Assembly: GCA_963708135.1 (NCBI GenBank)
Contig: OY970192.1
Coordinates: 3,872,001-3,936,000 of the forward strand
Origin: an uncultured Gemmatimonadales bacterium
GTDB lineage: Bacteria > Gemmatimonadota > Gemmatimonadetes > Longimicrobiales > RSA9
Direction: 5' to 3'
Length of the DNA stretch: 64,000 bases
Part shown: piece after piece, positions 59,306 through 64,000 of the stretch
How the letters are laid out: every line of letters starts with the position of its first letter
Numbering within the stretch: position 1 is the stretch's first letter
Position numbers and translations under genes: made by a program
The notes under the pieces: model-generated
Told to the model about the DNA's origin: nothing
Database searches by the model: none
What the model saw: only the letters and a program-made list of their open reading frames with translations

Positions 59306-60058
59306 ATGGCCGCCACCGCGCTGAGGTCGAGCGCGCCGACCACGAATCCGCCCATGCCGGGAAGGCGCTTCGACCATGCCTTCTTCTCCGGCATGGCCGT
59401 TCTCATGCTGGCCACAGTCCTCGTCGGGTTTGCCCCCACATACTACCTGGCCGGTCTGTGGAACGCGCCACTACCCAGCCGGATAATCGAGGTGCACGGC
59501 GCCGTCTTCTCCTGCTGGATCCTGCTGCTCCTCGCCCAGACGACGCTGGCCTCGACCGGCCGCCTCGCGGTCCACCGCCGGCTCGGGATCGCGGGCGTGC
59601 TGCTCGCGTGCGCGATGGCCATCATGGGCGTGCTCGCCGCGATCGACGCCCTGGACAGGGGCATCCCTCCACACGGCGATGCCGCCGCCTTCTTCATCGT
59701 TCCTCTGTCGGCCATCCTGCTGTTCACGACGCTCGCTGTGTGCGGCTTCGAGCGGCGCGCCGATCCCGCGGCCCACAAGCGCCTGATGCTCCTGGCCACC
59801 ATCGCGCTCATGGGCGCACCCATCGCGCGCCTGCACCTCGCGGTGGTCTACAGACAGCCGCACGCGGCCGACCGCGCCTCTGAGACCTTTCTTCTCCTGC
59901 TGCTCGCGTACGACCTGTGGTCGACGCGGAAGGTCCACCGCGCCACCCTCGGGGGCGCCGCGCTCGTTGCGCTCGTGCACGAGCTGACCGGCCCGATCGG
60001 AACAACGGCCGCCTGGCATGGGATCGCTGGGTGGGCCCGCTCGCTGCCCCTTCGGTGA
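59306..60058 (+). CDS. Hypothetical multi-pass membrane protein with conserved histidines
   Basis: GFAPTYY, VHGAVF, VHRRLG, AHKRLMLLAT; alternative start at 59270. Confidence 0.8.
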   Translation: MAATALRSSAPTTNPPMPGRRFDHAFFSGMAVLMLATVLVGFAPTYYLAGLWNAPLPSRIIEVHGAVFSCWILLLLAQTTLASTGRLAVHRRLGIAGVLLACAMAIMGVLAAIDALDRGIPPHGDAAAFFIVPLSAILLFTTLAVCGFERRADPAAHKRLMLLATIALMGAPIARLHLAVVYRQPHAADRASETFLLLLLAYDLWSTRKVHRATLGGAALVALVHELTGPIGTTAAWHGIAGWARSLPLR

Positions 60059-60204
60059 CGACCGGGCCGGGGTCCTGCCGCCTCGAGGGACCCCGGCCGG
60101 GCGCGCTGTTGCTTCTCCCCCACTCTCGCCGTTCGCGGCCCCCCGACCTTGACACGGCGCGGCGGACGCGGCCTCTTGCCGGTGACCTCGAACCGGAGCC
60201 GCTC

Positions 60205-63024
60205 ATGTCGGGAGGATTCTCGCGCCGTCGATTTCTCGTGCAGGCGGGGCAGCTGGGCTGCGCCCTGCCGCTCCTCGGATCGCCCGCCGCGCGCTGGATT
60301 CTGGAGTCGCGGGAAGGCGGCCTCGATCCGGTCGCCCATCCGCCAATGCCATCCTCCCTCTTCTCCGGGCTCCACTGGCGCATGCTCGGCCCGTTCCGGG
60401 GCGGACGCGTCGATGCGGTGAGCGGCGCGCCGGGTCGCCCGCACGAGTTCTACTTCGGGGCCGTGAATGGCGGCGTGTGGAAGACGATCGACGCGGGCCG
60501 GACCTGGCGGCCGGTGTTCGACGGCCAGCCGGTCGCGTCCATCGGCGCCCTCGCGGTGGCGCATTCGGCCCCCGACGTCGTCTACGTAGGGACGGGCGAA
60601 TCCACCCTGCGCGATTCGGCCGGCTACGGCAACGGCGTGTACCGCTCGTCGGACGCCGGCCGGAGCTGGACGCACATCGGTCTCGAGGACACGCAGCACA
60701 TCGGCAGGATCGCCGTCGATCCGCGCAACCCCGAGGTCGTGTTCGTCGCCGCCATCGGCCACCTGTACGCCGCGAACGAGCAGCGCGGCATCTTCCGCTC
60801 GCGGGACGGCGGACGCACCTGGCGGAAGGTCCTGTACCGGAACCCGGACGTCGGCGCCGTCGAGGTCGTCGTGGATCCGACGGACCCGAACGTGGTGTAC
60901 GCCGGGCTGTGGAACACGCGGCGGCCGCCGTGGTTCGTGTACGCGCCGAGCAACGGGCCGGGCGGCGGCATCTTCAAGTCGACCGATGCCGGCGACACGT
61001 GGCGCCAGTTGACGGGGGGACTGCCGCCGGAAGGGATCGGGCGCACCGGGATCGCGGTGTGTCCCAGCGAGCCGAGTCGGCTGTACGCGGTCGTCAACTG
61101 CCTCGTGCCGGAGCCCGGCGCCGCGGCACCGCCGGCCACGGCGCGGAACCGGTTCGGGCCACCGCAGGTGCCGATGCAGGGCGGGCTCTTCCGCTCGGAC
61201 GACGCCGGCGCGACCTGGCGGCGGCTCTCCTCGGATCAGGCGTTGTGGGGACGGGGGTGGTACTTCGAGAAGATCGCGGTGGACCCGCGGGACGCCGACG
61301 TCGTCTACGTGCCCAACGTCGCGGTCAACCGCTCGATGGACGGGGGGCAGACCTGGGATGTGCCGCGCGGCTCGCCAGGTGGCGACGACTACCACCAGAT
61401 GTGGATCTCGCCCGACGACCCGGGAACGATCATCGTGGCCAGCGACCAGGGCTGCATCATCACGCACGACGCGAAGGAAAAGGATGCGGCGGACGTGACC
61501 TGGACCTCGTGGCTCAACCAGCCGACCGCACAGATCTACCACGTGTCCATCGATCCCCGCTTCCCCTACTGGGTCACGGGCGCGCAGCAGGACAGCGGCG
61601 CGGTGGCGGTTCACTCGCGCGGCAAGTTCGCCGAGATCAGCATGCGCGACTGGGAGCCCATCGGCGCGGGCGGTGAGAGCGGCTACACCGCCGGCGACCC
61701 GCTGCATCCCGGGATCATCTACGGCGGCAGCGGCCAGCGCTACGACCTCGAGCTGAACCGCAGGATCCCCACGACTTCCCCGCAGGTGCCGGAGGGCGAG
61801 CACGCGCGCGCCGACTGGACCCAGCCGCTCGTGCTCTCGCAGGCCGATCCGCACGCGCTCTATTACGCCAACCAGTACCTGTTCCGGTCCCGCGACAAGG
61901 CCGCGACGTGGACGCGGATCAGCCCCGATCTGACCCGTCCGGACCCGGGCACGCCGCCTAACCTGGACGCCGCGGCCGCCGCCAATGTGGGCAACGACCG
62001 GCGCGGAGTGATCTACACGATCGCGCCCTCGCCCGTGCGGGCCCCGCTCATCTGGATCGGGACCGACGACGGCTGGATCCAGGTGAGCCCCGATGATGGG
62101 GCGACGTGGCACAACGTGACGCCCCCGGCGCTGACCTCGTGGAGCCGGATCACCATGATCGAGGCGTCGCACTTCGACGAGCGCACGGCGTACGCGAGCG
62201 TCGATCGGCACCAGCTCGAGGACTTCGGGCCCCACATCTACCGCACGCGCGACCTGGGCGGGAGCTGGCAGGAGATCACCAGCGGTCTGCCCGACGACGG
62301 CTACGTCCACACCATCAGGGAGGATCCCACCCACCGCGGCCTGCTGTTCGCGGGCACCGAACGGGGCGCCTTCATCTCCTTCGACGACGGCGGGAGCTGG
62401 CAGCCGCTGCAGCTGAACCTGCCCGTCACCTCGGTGCGCGACTTCGCCGTCTACGAAAACGATCTCGTCGTGGCCACCTTCGGCCGCGGGTTCTGGGTCA
62501 TCGACGGCATCGCGCCGCTGCGCCAGGCCGACGCGAGCATCGCGCGCGCCGACGCCTACCTGTTCCAGCCGCCGGACACCACGGTGCCGATCCAGGGCCG
62601 CGACGACGGGACTCCCCTGCAGAAGGGCGAGCCGCAGGCCGACAACCCGCCCGACGGCGTGGCGATCGACTACTTCCTGAGGGAGAACGCGACGTCGCCC
62701 GTCACCCTCGAAGTGCTCGACGACCACGCGACCGTCCTCGCGACCTTCTCCAGCGCCGCCCCGCCCCCGGCGCCGAGGCAGGGCGGGATCCCGAGAACCT
62801 CTCCCCAGTGGCGGCCGCCGCCGGCCCGCTTCGAGGCGACGGCCGGCGCCCACCGCGTCGTGTGGTTTCCCGCGCCGGCAGAACCGGCGGGCAGGAGCGG
62901 AGGCGTGTTCGGCGCGCCCCGCGTGCCCCTGACCGGCACGTTCACGGCGCGCCTCGCCGTGGCGGGGCGCAGCTACTCCCGCACCTTCCGGGTGCTGCCG
63001 GACCCGCGCAGGACGGACGGCTGA
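60205..63024 (+). CDS. Tat-exported BNR/VPS10-repeat beta-propeller protein (glycosyl-hydrolase-like)
   Basis: SRRRFL twin-arginine motif; WRMLGPFRGGR; many SxDxGxTW Asp-box repeats. Confidence 0.88.
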   Translation: MSGGFSRRRFLVQAGQLGCALPLLGSPAARWILESREGGLDPVAHPPMPSSLFSGLHWRMLGPFRGGRVDAVSGAPGRPHEFYFGAVNGGVWKTIDAGRTWRPVFDGQPVASIGALAVAHSAPDVVYVGTGESTLRDSAGYGNGVYRSSDAGRSWTHIGLEDTQHIGRIAVDPRNPEVVFVAAIGHLYAANEQRGIFRSRDGGRTWRKVLYRNPDVGAVEVVVDPTDPNVVYAGLWNTRRPPWFVYAPSNGPGGGIFKSTDAGDTWRQLTGGLPPEGIGRTGIAVCPSEPSRLYAVVNCLVPEPGAAAPPATARNRFGPPQVPMQGGLFRSDDAGATWRRLSSDQALWGRGWYFEKIAVDPRDADVVYVPNVAVNRSMDGGQTWDVPRGSPGGDDYHQMWISPDDPGTIIVASDQGCIITHDAKEKDAADVTWTSWLNQPTAQIYHVSIDPRFPYWVTGAQQDSGAVAVHSRGKFAEISMRDWEPIGAGGESGYTAGDPLHPGIIYGGSGQRYDLELNRRIPTTSPQVPEGEHARADWTQPLVLSQADPHALYYANQYLFRSRDKAATWTRISPDLTRPDPGTPPNLDAAAAANVGNDRRGVIYTIAPSPVRAPLIWIGTDDGWIQVSPDDGATWHNVTPPALTSWSRITMIEASHFDERTAYASVDRHQLEDFGPHIYRTRDLGGSWQEITSGLPDDGYVHTIREDPTHRGLLFAGTERGAFISFDDGGSWQPLQLNLPVTSVRDFAVYENDLVVATFGRGFWVIDGIAPLRQADASIARADAYLFQPPDTTVPIQGRDDGTPLQKGEPQADNPPDGVAIDYFLRENATSPVTLEVLDDHATVLATFSSAAPPPAPRQGGIPRTSPQWRPPPARFEATAGAHRVVWFPAPAEPAGRSGGVFGAPRVPLTGTFTARLAVAGRSYSRTFRVLPDPRRTDG

Positions 63025-63130
63025 GCTCAGCGCCGATCCCCCCATGCCGCCGGGAGGTGATGGAAAATCCGCCCCGTCCGTTGCAAACGGACGGGGCGGA
63101 TGGGACCAACGGCTCCATGGGACGGAGCGC

Positions 63131-63319
63131 CTACTTGGCGAGGTGGCCTTCCCCGCGCAGCAACTCCTTCAGCTTGCTCGGCCGGTCGCTCACGGCCGAC
63201 TTGATGATCGAGCGTGCGTACGTGATCCGCTCGTCATCGGAGAGCTCATCCACGACCGCGATGGGAGCGCCGAACCGCAGGAGCAGCCGCTTGGCGTCCT
63301 TGGCCACACTGTCGTCCAT
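63131..63319 (-). CDS. Small hypothetical protein (62 aa)
   Basis: AGGAGG RBS; MDDSVAKDAKRLLLRFGAP... Confidence 0.7.
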   Translation of the reverse strand: MDDSVAKDAKRLLLRFGAPIAVVDELSDDERITYARSIIKSAVSDRPSKLKELLRGEGHLAK

Positions 63320-63553
63320 CGGTCCTCCTCCTGTCGGGGAATCCTGATGTGGAAATTTACCAAGACGCCCGAACCGGGGCAAGCTCGACCCGGCCCGCTG
63401 ATTCCGCCGATCCCCTGATGCCGCCCGTCCCCACGCGACCCCACGCGGCGGGCCGGGGGCGGACGTGAATCGGGACCCTTCCACTGGCGGTCGCGGTATA
63501 GCATTGTTGTAGCGAGCCCGACGCAACGGGCTGCACCAGCTTCGGGAGGCGCC

Positions 63554-64000
63554 ATGTCCAGGATCATCCTGGCCGCCCCCATCCTTCTCTCCCTCGTCTT
63601 CCGTGCGGACACGCTCCACGCGCAGTCGGTCGCGGGCAAGGTGCTCGAGGCCGGCACAGAGCGCGCCGTGGTGGCCGCCGACGTGCGTCTGCTCGGCCCG
63701 CGGGACAAGGTGATGGCACGCACCTCGACCGACACCGCCGGCTACTTCGAGCTCGAGGCACGCTACGAGGGACGGTACCGGCTCCAGGTGGCCGCCCTCG
63801 GCTACGCGGAGGCGCGCTCGCGCGACTTCGCCCTCGGGGCCGGCGAGCTCGTCGAGGTCCGCTTCCTGGTCGATGCCGCCGCCCTCATGCTCGCGCCCCT
63901 CACGGTCACGGCGCGCTCGCATCCGCCGAGCCGGTACCTGGTCGATTCCGGGTTCTACGACCGCGAGAAGTCGGGCATCGGCACGTTCCTCACGCGCGAG
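63554..64000 (+). CDS. Secreted carboxypeptidase-regulatory-like domain protein, runs off the right edge
   Basis: Own translation: MSRIILAAPILL...QSVAGKVLEAGT...TDTAGYF...LGY...GFYDR; GGAGG RBS. Confidence 0.8.
   Translation, partial: MSRIILAAPILLSLVFRADTLHAQSVAGKVLEAGTERAVVAADVRLLGPRDKVMARTSTDTAGYFELEARYEGRYRLQVAALGYAEARSRDFALGAGELVEVRFLVDAAALMLAPLTVTARSHPPSRYLVDSGFYDREKSGIGTFLTRE

Overview
A very GC-rich (roughly 70-75% by eye) bacterial chromosomal segment. Gene content (ADOP permeases with PadR, carboxypeptidase-regulatory/TonB-plug proteins, an ECF sigma factor with a Ser/Thr kinase, a caa3 oxidase) suggests Gemmatimonadota; this is an inference. It holds a sugar ABC transporter, several secreted peptidases, a caa3 cytochrome c oxidase cluster with cyoE/ctaA and a frameshifted ctaE, thrBC, a serB-aminotransferase-serA operon, an aroF-chorismate mutase-pheA/tyrA fusion operon, an NAD-linked formate dehydrogenase with a split alpha subunit, and an ECF/kinase module. 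No rRNA, tRNA, CRISPR array or transposase was seen. Two things stand out. (1) A recurring class of cassettes whose arms are inverted simple-sequence repeats (6-8 bp units), found between and inside housekeeping genes. One carries an intact four-helix-bundle gene, one a GxxExxY remnant, and the rest are empty or carry tandem arrays. (2) A complete Phe/Tyr leader-peptide transcription attenuator, probably on a leaderless mRNA, upstream of the aromatic operon. Start codons were picked by eye and product calls come from motif recognition, not database searches.
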